A DNA stretch of 64,000 nt from Paraspadella gotoi (Eukaryota; Animalia; Chaetognatha), in NCBI GenBank assembly GCA_051294375.1, contig CM119266.1:23457764-23521763 (forward strand). The letters run 5' to 3'. Positions 1 through 12,637 of the stretch are shown here, one piece after another. The notes beneath the pieces were generated by a model. It was not told the origin of the DNA. It ran no database searches and saw only the letters and a program-made list of their open reading frames with translations. The stretch's first letter is position 1; each line of letters opens with the position of its first letter. Both the position numbers and the translations under genes were made by a program.

Positions 1-96
1 CTTTCCTCCCTCTCTCCTCATATATTTGACCCTTCAACTGTGGAGCAAATGGCAAAGCTCCCCCTTCCTTTCTTCTCTCTCTCTCTTCTCTCTCTC

Positions 97-153
<57 letters not shown>

Positions 154-396
154 TCTCTCTCTCTCTTTCCCATCATTCCCTCCCCATACCCCTTTCCTCG
201 TGATCATTATTCTGTTTTATAGATCATTCATCGTTGACCCTCGAAAGGGTTCTTTCGAGTCACGGGGTCGCGACTCTTCGCCCCGGTCCCTCGACGTCGN
301 NNNNNNNNNNNNNNNNNNNNNNNNTCCAATGTCCGTTTTTCTCTTTTCTCCCGTTTTTTGACCCTTCAACTGTGGAGCAAATGGCAAAGCTCCCCC

Positions 397-472
<76 letters not shown>

Positions 473-620
473 CTCTCTTACTCTCCTCGTCTCTTTCCAT
501 CCATTTCCCTCCCCATACCCCTTTCCTCGTGATCATTATTCTGTTTTATAGATCATCATCGTTGACCCTCGAAAGGGTCTTTCGAGTCACGGGGTCGCGA
601 CTCTCGCCCCCCGCGTCCCT
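1..620. repeat. Direct overlap duplication across a 25-N gap
   Basis: About 26-299 is repeated at 358-628 (ttgacccttcaactgtggagcaaatggcaaagc...gacgtcg), either side of gap 300-324. Confidence 0.85.
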
Positions 621-2504
621 GGACGTCGCAGCAGAGGTGGGCGTGGATCGGTGGTGGGCGTGGTAGTCGGGTGCCGATGGAGGTGCATGTAGAGGTTACG
701 GGGAAAAGCTCATGAGACTAAGAAATTGTTATGAAATAATAGCTTTCAATTTTGTAAACTCTTAAAATACAAACATAATATAACAATGTGTGATTTTTAT
801 AAGAAACCAAACCTTATTTTAGTTAATTGTTTAATTAATTGTAAGTGGCAGGGATGAGCTTGGCTTTCGGGTGGGCCTGTGGCTTTTAAAAAAAGTAGTC
901 AGGGTATCCGTTGTGAGATTATTTTAGGGGAGGAATCTTTAGGATTTAAAGGTAGGTATTTTTTGGCTGAGCGGCGGTAAAGACATCATGGAAATTGCAA
1001 TTGGTTGCATTCCTGGGTTCGGACTGGGCGAACTGACCAGTGGCCACGCCACAAGACAGTTCAGTCGTCATTCGTCAACTTAAATCGGGAAATCGGAGAA
1101 GGAATCCTTTTTCGCTCAAAGAGAGCGGAGGTTTAAAGATCAGGCCTTTTGGGAATACGTGGGTGAGTTGATGGGTTAAGCCTCGGGTGAGTCCGTTAGA
1201 GAGAAAAAGTGGGTGAGGGCGAGAGAAGGAAAGAAGCGAGGGTGAGGACGTCATGGGACCCATGATTAGATTTTTAGGTGCCAGCGTGACTCACCAAATT
1301 AAGAAAGAGGATAAGAGAGAAGAGTAAGCAGAAGAGTAAGCAAATAAATGAAATAATAAAAATAAGATTCCTTTGCAAACATCATTTATAGTTCAAAGCA
1401 AAGCAAAGGTTTTATTGTCCGTTTTAAGTTAATTTTTGATGTATTTAAGTCTACTTTTGTCACATCAACTATTGTCACCTTAACTGTGAACTCAGTTCGG
1501 ATATGTCAGTTTATATATACAAAAGAAAGATACCGTTTAAACAAATGCCGCCAACAACGCGATACCAACAACAAACACCGACGTCGCCGCCGTTGCTGAC
1601 GCCGACGCCAACGTGCGGAGAATGAAATTTTCTCATTTGTCATATTTTCGCCATAAATTTGCGAAGCTCGACCTCTGAAGGTTGCCGCGCCGTGGGGCGG
1701 CGTGCGACAACAACCGAGACCAGTTACACCCACGACTACCGGGTCTAACGCAAAAACTACAACACAAACAGTCATAGCCCGACTTTAAGTAATTGTTTGT
1801 TACATTTCATCAGGTCACAGGGTAATCAAACATTGTAAATAATTACACATAAACACACTTACATATTCAGTCACTTCCAACAAAGCCCTTCTTTTTTCTA
1901 AATTCCCTTCCTTCCCTCCCTTCTCCCGCCATTCACTGGAGCGCCCTCAGACGCCGACAAAAAACTAATAAACAGTCGCGATGCATGAAAATTGACGCGA
2001 ATGGGCGTGACCTGCACCTTGGCGCCGTAAACAATGCCTCCCCTCGAGTCGGTGCGTCTCACGAAGTCTTTCCATGTCTCGGCCCCGAACCCCCATCGCC
2101 TATTTCGTCATATCCCCGTTGTACCCTAGATCTGAGGCCNNNNNNNNNNTTGTACCCTAGATCTTAGGCAAGATATCGTTGCCCTTGAGCCCCAACATAG
2201 AAACTCCCACTGCCCTTCAATTTCCTCTTCAACCATCGCTCTTGCTTCGCCATCTCGAGGCTCATAATCTCTGACTTTACCTCTCAACCGAAATTATTTA
2301 AACCGGAAAAAAAAGAAAAAAACTCTCCGCCCCCGAGAAATCGACAATTCGACATCCTTCGCTGTCATTCGCAACCAATCAAACCCACGTAACGAATTCA
2401 CTCCGTCCAATAGGGGACCCAAATTTTTAAACAACGTCATCTCCTCTCCCCTTTAAACCCCTGCGGTCTACCCTTCGCCCACTTATATTTCAAACCCTTG
2501 ACTC

Positions 2505-2976
2505 CATAAACCAATTCTTCCGTCTCTTCTTTCTTCGATCCACATAAACCATCCCGGGACATCTCCCTCTCCCTCTCTCTCCACCTCTCTCTCTCCCGCT
2601 CGGTTGTCCCCCCCTCTCTCTCTCTCTCCCTCTCTCTCTCCCGCTCGGTTGTCCCCATAAACCATCGCATTTCCCGCCTCCTTCGTTCCGTGTCCCGTAC
2701 TTTCATAAACCAGCACCCATTCCCTCCCTCCCACGCCCTCATTTGACGTAACCCTCTCCTCCCCCTCTTCCCTCTCGGCCAGTTAAGTCATAAACAACCG
2801 CCTCCGTGCGACCGCTCCCCCTTTCCCGTCTTTCCCGCTTTCATAAACAAGGCCCATACTCTAACCTCCTCTTTTACTCCCCATAAACAAGTCGCGTACC
2901 CTAGCGCGCCCTCGCTCCCGTTTCCCCCTCGTAAACTATCCCTTGCCACCGAGGCTACGGAGTCTATCCCATAAAC
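2505..2976 (+). promoter_or_regulatory. Homotypic CATAAAC motif cluster (candidate enhancer or degenerate tandem repeat)
   Basis: CATAAAC at 2505, 2543, 2656, 2704, 2789, 2842, 2882, 2970 and CGTAAAC at 2930, all on the same strand in otherwise dissimilar pyrimidine-rich spacers. Confidence 0.4.
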
Positions 2977-3535
2977 CATCCAGGCTGCCACCGGATCCGC
3001 CTCTGCTTATTTAATTCCTTTTTTTTTCGCTCTCTGTCTCTCTTTCTCTTTCTCTCTCTGTTTTGTTTTTCGTGGGTGGCTTTCTTGTTTTTGTTTTTTT
3101 GTTTTTTGCTTGTATTTAAAAAAAAAGCGATAATTTAGTTTCTGATGTTTTGTTTTTAATTCGGCGTGAAGTTGTTAAATTTTATTTGATGCAGAAAAAT
3201 AGTATAATATTTTACTTCACCGTGTTTTGATTGAAAAAAAAAAAACAGAAAAATAAAATCGAAACTAAAACAGCGAAGACAGTTATCGTCTCGCCTCTTC
3301 TTCATCCCAGTGGACCAAAGTCAAACTGTTTTATATCAACAGAATTACGAGTTTCATTTAACGCGAGAGTAAATACGTGGCATTTATGATAATAGTTGCT
3401 AAAACGATGTGCATAAATTCTCTCTCTCTCTCTCTNNNNNNNNNNNNNNNNNNNNNNNNNNNNNNNNNNNNNNNNNNNNNNNNNNNNNNNNNNNNNNNNN
3501 NNNNNNNNNNNNNNNNNNNNNNNNNNNNNNNNNNN

Positions 3536-4040
3536 ATGCTCATCCTATCTTCATCTCTATCTCTATACCCATGATCATTCCTATCTTCTTCTCTATCTCT
3601 ATCCCCATGCTCATTCCTATCTTCATCTCNNNNNNNNNNNNNNNNNNNNNNNNNNNNNNNNNNNNNNNNNNNNNNNNNNNNNNNNNNNNNNNNNNNNNNN
3701 NNNNNNNNNNNNNNNNNNNNNNNNNNNNNNNNNNNNNNNNNNNNNNNNNNNNNNNNNNNNNNNNNNNNNNNNNNNNNNNNNNNNNNNNNNNNNNNNNNNN
3801 NNNNNNNNNNNNNNNNNNNNNNNNNNNNNNNNNNNNNNNNNNNNNNNNNNNNNNNNNNNNNNNNNNNNNNNNNNTCTCTATCCCCATGCTCATTCCTATC
3901 TTCATCTCTATCTGTATCCCCTTCCCCATGCTCATCCTATCTTCATCTCTATCTCTATCCCCATGCTCATTCCTATCTTCAACTCTATCTCTATCCCCAT
4001 CCCCATCCCCAGTCCTATCTTCATCTCTATCCCCTTCCCC
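3536..4040. repeat. 36-bp minisatellite built from 6-mers (ATCTCT/ATCCCC), interrupted by an N gap
   Basis: Unit approx. ATGCTCATTCCTATCTTCATCTCTATCTCTATCCCC on both sides of the gap 3630-3874. Confidence 0.85.
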
Positions 4041-4479
4041 ACCCCCACCCCCGAGTTGGTCAATGGTCAAAGTGTCCGTGGTAGAACGAGACAGAGTCGC
4101 ATCCTTCGGATCAGAATGAGGAGAAACGAAAACGGTCACGACTCGGGGCCGGGCGAAAGGGGTGGCAGGGGTGGGAGNNNNNNNNNNGTGATAAAGAAAT
4201 GAGGGAGAGAGGAACGGGGGGAAGAGACCGGAAGCCAGATAAATCCTTATAATCGAGCCGCCGTCGCTTTCATTCTGGTTCCAATTTCTTCCGTTGACAA
4301 ATGGAACCGAATCCATGTCGAGGGCGAATCCGAGAGGGATCACGTGACCCCAAAGCGTTGTCACAACGCGTGAGGAGTGTAGAGAGGCGAGGATGACGAG
4401 GAGGACGAGAGAGAGACACGAGGAGAGAGGCTCGTGAGCGGAAGAGAGAAGACTCAATGAGGATGTTTTTGAATAATTA

Positions 4480-6100
4480 TTTTAGAAAACTGTAGGAAAA
4501 AACGAGAAAAATAAAACTCGTATAAAAGATTTAAAGAAAGAAAAAAAGGGGAATAAATAAAAAAAAGAAAGAAAGAGATAAAAGAAAAATAGATAGAGGA
4601 ACACAAAAAAAAAAGAAGAAAATAAGAAAGAAAGAAGAGAACAGCGAAGACAAAACAGAAAAAAAAGAAATTTTGTAGAAAAGAAAGATTTTGAAGAAAA
4701 AGAGAGTGAAGATAAGATTATAGTATTGATATATGATTTTAAAGAATTTGATTGAAAAGAAAAAGGAGATAGTCCTTGCTCGGTATTTAAAGAAAAAGAA
4801 AAAATAAAAGAAAAGAGAAGAAGAAAATTGAAAAAGAAGAAAAAAAAGATAGAAGAAACGCCGCAAAGAAAAAAAGAGAAAAAAGAGGGAGAGGAGAGAG
4901 AGGGGAGGTCGCGGGAGAGGAAAGAAAAGAAAAAAAAAATAGATAATTTAATAATAAAAATAAAAAAAATAAAAAATTATTTTTAATAAAAAAAAGGAAA
5001 AAGAAAAAAAAAAAAAAGAGAAAGAAGAAAAAAAAAAGAGAGGAAGAAAGAAAAAAAAAAGAAAAAAAAGAGCATATGAGAGATGAGGGAAAGAGCAAAA
5101 TAAAGAAGAAAAAATAAGAAAGGAAAAAAACAGAGAGAAGAAAAGAAGAGGGAGAGGGATGGAAGGGGAAGAAAAAACGAAAAAGTAAGGAAAAGGTGAA
5201 AAAGAGATTTAAAAAAAAAAAGAAAAAAAAACAAGGAAAAATAGGATCTCTATCCTTGGTAAGACAATAATAACCACCTCTTGCTCTTGATACAGCGCGG
5301 AACTCGCGGGAGTGAGGGGCGGGGGGTTGTGACTGAGGGGGGCGGGTTGGGGTCCGGGGAGGGTGGGTGGGTGGGGTTGACGGGGGGGGCAAGGGGGAGA
5401 GGGTGGGATGGGAGGGGAGGAGTGTGGGTGGGTGGGGAGGGGGGGGGTGGGAGGAGTGAGAAAGGGTGAGAGAGAAGAAAAGAGGGAGACAGAGAAGGAG
5501 AGAAGACAGATAAATAAGTATTATTCAAGAGAGAAAAGAAAAAATAAAAAAAAAAAAGAAAAAAATTAAGAAAAAGAAGAAAAGCAGTAAAGGAAAGAAA
5601 AAAAAAAAAAAAAACAAGGAAAGAAAAGAAAAAAAGAAAAAAAAAGAAGAAATAAAGAGAAAAAAAAAGAAAGAAAAGAAGAATAGAAATGAGAAAAGAC
5701 GAAGAATGAAGAGGAAATGAAGAAGAAAGGAGAAAGAAAAAAAAAAAAAAAGGAAAAGAGAAGAACGAAAAAAAAACGAGGGTGAATATATGGGGCGAGG
5801 AGGACGTTTTTAGATTTGAAGTTAGACTATGATCTTTGAAATTGGATTTTGGATCAGATTTTGATTTAGTTTATGTAAAGTAAAATTTTTTATTTGCTAA
5901 TATTTTCTGAGAACAAAATAGTGAAGTAGGTAATAGTTGTTGAAATGTGGGATTTATTCTGTAGAAGATAGAGAAGAGGACTGAAAAATGGGACGGAGAA
6001 AGGGGAGGAGAAGGAGAGAGAAGAAAGGAAAACAAGGAAAGAGGATAGAAGAGAGAATAGATAGAAAGTCAATTATGAATATGAAAAAGAAGTTAGAAGA
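4480..6100. repeat. Low-complexity A/G-rich tract, probably low-quality read sequence
   Basis: Almost only A and G with irregular homopolymers and a G-rich patch near 5310-5470; no coherent reading frame. Confidence 0.7.
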
Positions 6101-7557
6101 GAAATTTGAAAATACTAGTGGCGTACTTTGGATCTATAGTGGAAGGGTAGGCATGTAGTAAGCGGAGAAAGAAAAAAGATGCGTGAAGAATTTGCAATAA
6201 TACCATTAATTTTATTATAGTAATGTGAGAATATTAAGATAGTATATTTAAAACGAAAAAAAAGTAAAAAAAAAGAAAATAAAAAGAAAGATGTCGGGCG
6301 GTTCTGCTCGTTTAGAGAAATACAGAGTTTTTATAGAGAGTTCTTTCATTAGCAAAACGTACTGTGAATATCTACAATAGTAGGACAGAGAGTAGAAGAA
6401 AAAGTGTCCAGACGAGAGACTCAGGCGGGAAGGACGAGAGGGAGGAGGAGAGAGACTGGACTCACGCACAGACAGACAAATGGAAATAAAGCGGACAGGA
6501 GATCGCTAAAGTCCAACATCAAAGAATCGTATCGATGGTGAGCCGAAAGTCAGGATGACGGAGAGGAAAGAGAAGGAGAGGGTGAGAGATGAGAGAGGAG
6601 ATGAGGAGAGAGAGGGGAGTGAGAGATGAGGATGAGAGAGAGAGGAGAGAGAGATGAGAGAGAGATTGCGAGAGAGTGAAAGTCTGGAGATGAGAAACCA
6701 GAGAGAAGAGAGGAGAGAGAGAGGTTTGTCACGTGNNNNNNNNNNNNNNNNNNNNNNNNNGAGAGAGAGAGAGAAAAGAAAAATGGATGTTATCCGCGGA
6801 GCAGACGCTGCGTTTTCGCGTATTAATGTTGTCGTATGTTTGGTTGTTTGTCCGCAGAAATCCTAACAAATATCGTCGAGATTTTTACAGTAAAAAATTG
6901 ACAGTCTGACCCGGTCTGAACTTTATTCTCAAAAACTGTCTTGGTTAAACAGCTGTCAAACTCAGCNNNNNNNNNNNNNNNNNNNNNNNNNNNNNNNNNN
7001 NNNNNNNNNNNNNNNNNNNNNNNNNNNNNNNNNNNNNNNNNNNNNNNNNNNNNNNNNNNNNNNNNNNNNNNNNNNNNNNNNNNNGTTGACAGGTCGAAAT
7101 CCGAAACGTGTTCCGTTTAAATCCCCTTCCTTTGGATCTATTTCTCTTCTCTCTATGCTTATTAAATATAAAAGTCTAATCTGACTAAATATATCATTAT
7201 GACAATGTTATCGTCATTCTTGTCGAAGGTTGTCTTTATTCATTAGCTTTGTATTTATTGTCTTTATTCATTAGCTTCTGCCAGTAATTAGTTTCATAGT
7301 TAACTAGTTATTACCAGTTTTTACCACGAAACATAACGGTTGAGTAAAGACCGATCGAATTTCTCGAGTTCATCCCTTATAAATTAACCCCCTCACCCTT
7401 TTTAACTTACCCACACCAGCCTCAGATTCCACCCACTCTTGCAATCTCTGCCTTCGCCCGCCAAACCAGCTTCGGTCATCATTACAACCATTGGAGTCAT
7501 CACTCTTAAGTCTTAGGGCGCCCCAGGGACCCGAGCCCATTGTCTTCTGCCATCACC

Positions 7558-7600
<43 letters not shown>

Positions 7601-8059
7601 TCTCTCTCGCTCTCTCACGCCCCGGTGTCGCTCTTTTTTCTCCTTCCTCTCTGTTCCTGATCATTTTCGGTGGTACTTAGAAAAAACAAAAATAATTAAT
7701 TGTATGACGATATACACATTTAAAACCGGTAAAAGTAATTTTTGTGTCGAGAACAAAAAAAAAACAAAAAACAAAAACGAGAAGACAAATAAGATCCGTG
7801 AAACAAAACACAACACAAAACAAAATAAACAGAATAAAAAAAAACATATTCGTGAGACGAACTTTGTTTTGATGTTCGTCAAAGGTTCCTCCTTTTAAAT
7901 ACGCGAAGGGACAAAGTTAAAGAAAACAATAACAAGCAGTTAATCACTGCTTTTTGTCGGCCAACGATCGAAAGGGGACGGCGAGGGTGGAGACTGACAC
8001 ACCGTCTAAGCTTATCTCACTTGATTGTCTCTCTGTTTTGAGTTTGAGTTTTTACTTCC

Positions 8060-8785
8060 TTATACCATTTAATTTTTCTTTACGTATTAAAAAAAATTTA
8101 CAGCCTTCGGATATTTCTTCATATCAGATAATCCTTGACAACGTTTATTATACGAGAAGTTCAACGCACAGATATCTGTGAAATAAAAAATATTGTTAGG
8201 CTTTATATTATTTTTACTCATATTTTTTCTTTATAAATGTACGCATTCATCAAATTCGAAACAAAAAAGGCCATTAAAAGGTTATCGTTTTGCGTCACGA
8301 AAACTCCCTAAGTCGGCACTCAATTTTTTTAGTCATTTTGATACATGAAAGAATTAATGATCGCCTTTTTCAATCCTGAGTCAAAAATTCTAGATGTTGG
8401 GGAGCCGGAAGAGAGACGAAGAAAGTAGAGAGAGAAGACGAAGACGAGATGAAGAAAGAAGACGACAAGAGACGAGAAAGAAACAAGCAAAAAAAGAGGA
8501 AAAAAGAAGCAGAGAAAGAAGAGAGATAATAAGAACCAATCCATACTAGCATGATCAAACAGTCGTTTTATACGAGCGATTATCTTTTTACAAATTTTTG
8601 AGCAGAGGTCAGTTTACTCAATTTTGATATTCACTTGCTGACTCATATTTTTAGTCCAAAATGCTATCTCAAATATATTATTTAGTATATTGCCACTCTC
8701 TTATACTGTCTTTCTTTCTACTCGTCTCTCTCTCCCTCTCTCTCTCTCTCATCGTTTCTCTCTCATCTACTCTCTTCTACTCATC

Positions 8786-8829
<44 letters not shown>

Positions 8830-10512
8830 ATTTTTTTTCTCTCTCTCTCTTTCTTTCTCAATCCTTTCTAGCCCCTTTTCCGTAATCGAAATCCACCCCC
8901 TCAGCGATGACAGGAAAAAGGGAATTGATGCGTTCTGCTCTCCTCGTTTTGAATCTGGGTCTTCGGCAAGTTGACCTGGATACACCGACTCGCGAGCAAA
9001 GAGGCCGTCGCGAGGTCTAGCCGTAGATACCGAGGGCTGACTCACCTCCGTCGGACGCCTTCGACCTTGCACTGTTTTTGGTCGCGCAAGAAAAGAAGAT
9101 CCTTATTTCAAATAAATTCAGTGCCATGCGACTCGAACGGAAAGGGGCGGGGGGGGGAAGAGGCTTTGTAACATGGGCCGACACTTCCCGTTCCAGGCTT
9201 AGAATTAAGAGCACAATCCGATGAGTGGTTTAAAAAATTGGTATTTGAAGCTGTATTTAAGTTCAAAATTGAAATTGTTATTCATAGTTTAACGGTGCTA
9301 TATTTAGCTTTATATGTGTAAGAAAAAAATAAAAAATACCAAGTGATGGAAACATATTTGGTTCTTTTCTATATAGTTTGAGTAGGTAATAATCCTCTAA
9401 CTTTAGTTAGTCAATTCATAATAGAAACGTTCAGATTTCTAAAGAAATATTTTTTTTTTTGAAAAAAATAAACAATTACAGAAACAAAAAGATAGGTGAA
9501 AAGCATCTTTAATATAAATCGGTGATTCTCAACTAGATTAATGAATGAATTTGAATTACACGAGGAATGTTGTTCCAACTTTGTATTTGATTTTTTTAAA
9601 AATTACCACAGTGGTAATTATTATTATTAATAATATTAATATTATTATTAATATAAATTCATCCAAACTTTGACAAAAAATAAAAACAAAGTCCATGATT
9701 CGGTCAGTAAATGTTAAAGCTAAACAAAAGCTTAATCAATCACATAACCAGTCAAACGATAGCCTTTTTGAAGTAGCCATCCTGCTATAACGACAATTTC
9801 CAAGCTGCTATTTCTGTTCGAACCAAACTGTTCAAACTCAAAAGGACTCGGTATCCAAGGCTCCTTTCCAGCTTTTGTCCTTTGAAATGAAACCGATGCT
9901 GTTGAGCTGACGACCACGACGACGATCAGAGGCGGCGCCGATACGGGAGCGAGATAAGACGCCGACGACCGATGGGAACGCACGAGTTCGACGCGACGTC
10001 GAAACACGAACGACGAGCCTCACGAGTTGGTTGGGAAGAGTTCCCGCGTCTGCAGGCAAATCCTCTTCCTCTCTCCCTCTCGTTGGTGACAAGCACGTAA
10101 GTTCTCCTTCCGCTCCCTCCTCACAGGTCCTTATGTGTGGGTGAAATGCCGCTTTAACGTCTTTTACGCGCTCTTGGTTCCCCAGATTCCAGAAACCCCC
10201 GCAGAGTATTGTCGCAGAAAAAGAAACGACAAAAGGTTATATTCAAGTTATATCTTTTAGGCTATGGGCTTTCGCTTAGTCGGATTTCTCTGTTCAAGTT
10301 GTTATAAATTTGTAATATTTTAGAAACGATTACGTAAGTTATTATAGTTTTTACTAAACAATATTTCAATACTTCACTTGGCTTGAGTATTAAATTTTTA
10401 GAACTGACAGACATTATATTCACCTTTTCCGAATTTAAACGAAGTAGTATGCAAGTTTGCTTGAAATTGTTGATCTCTGACAGATTTATTATCAAGTTTA
10501 CGTTCTTCATCT
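8060..10512 (+). repeat. Direct duplicate of about 24440-27430
   Basis: Colinear from accatttaattttt...acgtattaaaaaaa to ttcatctaat; differences are mostly small indels. Confidence 0.9.
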
Positions 10513-12512
10513 AATTTTTTCCGTTTTTCTATGTACGCTTGTACTACCACCTTTTTACGTCTTTCCCGGAATCCACATCCGAGGAAACGCGACGTCCTCC
10601 ATTGTCCCGTAAACCGACACCCAGAAAAAATCCTCCGTCGCGGGTACAATCTGCAACACAAAATCCCTTGTCTTTTTCTTTTCCCTCCGCCTCCTCCGCC
10701 CGTAAGTATTCCTTCTATCGGCCATTTACAGATAGCTCGGCTCGTTAAAGCACATACGTCCGCTGCCAGGCCGGCGATTACTCAAGAAGAGAAGGGAAGG
10801 AAGAGAAAAGCGGAGTAGGAGGAAACGGAGGAAAGTGATCCTGGAGGGAAAGAGAGGAAGAACAAAAGAACGCGGCGGAAACAGTGTGGAATATGTAACT
10901 CTGATGGGATTTAATTCTAACTCTTATGTTTCACGTATTTAAGTTTATCGCTCTTTACATAGATGAGCATTAATTTTGGATATTTTTAATCAAACAACAA
11001 AAGACAACAGACAAAATAAAAAAAAGTTTTACTATAAAGATACAACGCAGGTGATTAATTTCGAATTCGATTTATTGAATTGCGACAAAAGCTATATGGC
11101 AACAAATTGCCATGAACAATTGTCAACAATATTTATATTTACAAATGTTAACTAACTAATCTTTATTTTAAAAAACAGTGATTGAGTTGATCCACAGCAG
11201 GAAGTATTCTCGACAATATGGGCGATGGAGTGAAAAAGCGTATGCGTTATTCCGATGGAGTTGTGCGCTGGAAAATCACGGACAGCAGAGCGCCGCGCGG
11301 CCCGATGAGCTGCAAAACGAGCTTAGGTTCGTTCATATATTCAAAGAGAATAAATTCTGTCTTAATGATTTCGCCAGCAGTAATCGGTCGGACTGTCTCG
11401 ACAAGATTCTGATTGAAGTCCGCAGTCCTTGACCAATCGTTTTCTGTGACTTATGGGAAAAGATTGAGAGGCTATTGGGGTTATAAAAGCTAAGGGCTGT
11501 TTTGGCTGTAGATTTTGCAAAGGCACTCTTATAACAACTTACACAGTCCAATTTTTTAGGACCAATGGTATACTTATTTAGTCGTTTACTCTTGATATTA
11601 AATTTTCACGTTCTACTTAAACAAAATTCACAGGTCTTTATTCTCTTTTTCTTTAAAAAAAATTTTTTTGGCCCACCCAAAATCTGGGTAGAACAAGGAA
11701 TCTTTTATAAAAAAGGGGGCGGACGGTTGCAGATTTCTTTGAAGGAACATATTTTTTGTGTGTCACTTGGAAATGATAAGCAATCTAAGCAAGCACGAAT
11801 GTTTATTGCGCTGTCATAAATCTGTGCTGGCTAGCCCGAAAAATCCGGCCGGAGAGACCCGAAAGGATGAGGTCAGATTCGAATGATTCTTTTTTTTTTT
11901 TTCAACTTTTCTCTTTTTTTTTAGGCAGGGGGGAAGACCAGTGATTCACCTTTCGTTGTTTGTCTAAAAGATGATAAATGAATCTTTAGAAAAATCATAT
12001 GACGACGTAGAATTAACTTTTCTTTTAAAAAGTAACACAATTAGGAGGTTTCAGTCGTTCTTTTATTCTTTTCCTGCTTTTTTTCTTTTATTTTCTCTTT
12101 CTCTCTTCATTTTAAATAGTATAGCTTTCTTTCTCTTTCTTCTTCTTTTCTTCTTTCTTCTTTCTTTCTTCTTCTTTCTTCTTTTTTGGTCTTTAATTTT
12201 TAATTCTTTCATCATCATCATTCGCTCGGTCTTGTTCTTCCCGTTCCAGTGGACCAGTGTCGGGCCGGGCCGGGAGACCTCCTGGAGTACAGGAATGTGG
12301 AGAAAGAGATGGATGTCTTGCTGATCTCGAGAGTCGGGCAGGGGGAGGGATGGTATTTGTGTGGAAGGGCGAAGAAAAAGGGGGCCGTTTGACGGGGGGC
12401 AAGGGATGGAATTCATTCCGAGCGTTCGGTGGTCGAAAGTAACTGTACGCGTACTATTACGAGCCAAGAGAAAGTTATAGACTAAGCNNNNNNNNNNNNN
12501 NNNNNNNNNNNN

Positions 12513-12605
12513 AGCGAGTCTCCCGGGCCTCCGACACTGGCCACTGGAAAGGAAGAAAGACCGAGCGATGGATGGAGAGAAAGAAATTAAAAATAAAGAC
12601 CAAAA

Positions 12606-12637
<32 letters not shown>

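Noticed and set aside
1662-1684. GAAGCTCGACCTCTGAAGGT resembling miR-993-3p
   Set aside because: Shares the seed, but there is no complementary 5p arm upstream, so no hairpin.
3409-4457. Long ORFs of 236 and 305 aa
   Set aside because: Translations of a 36-bp minisatellite and N gaps.
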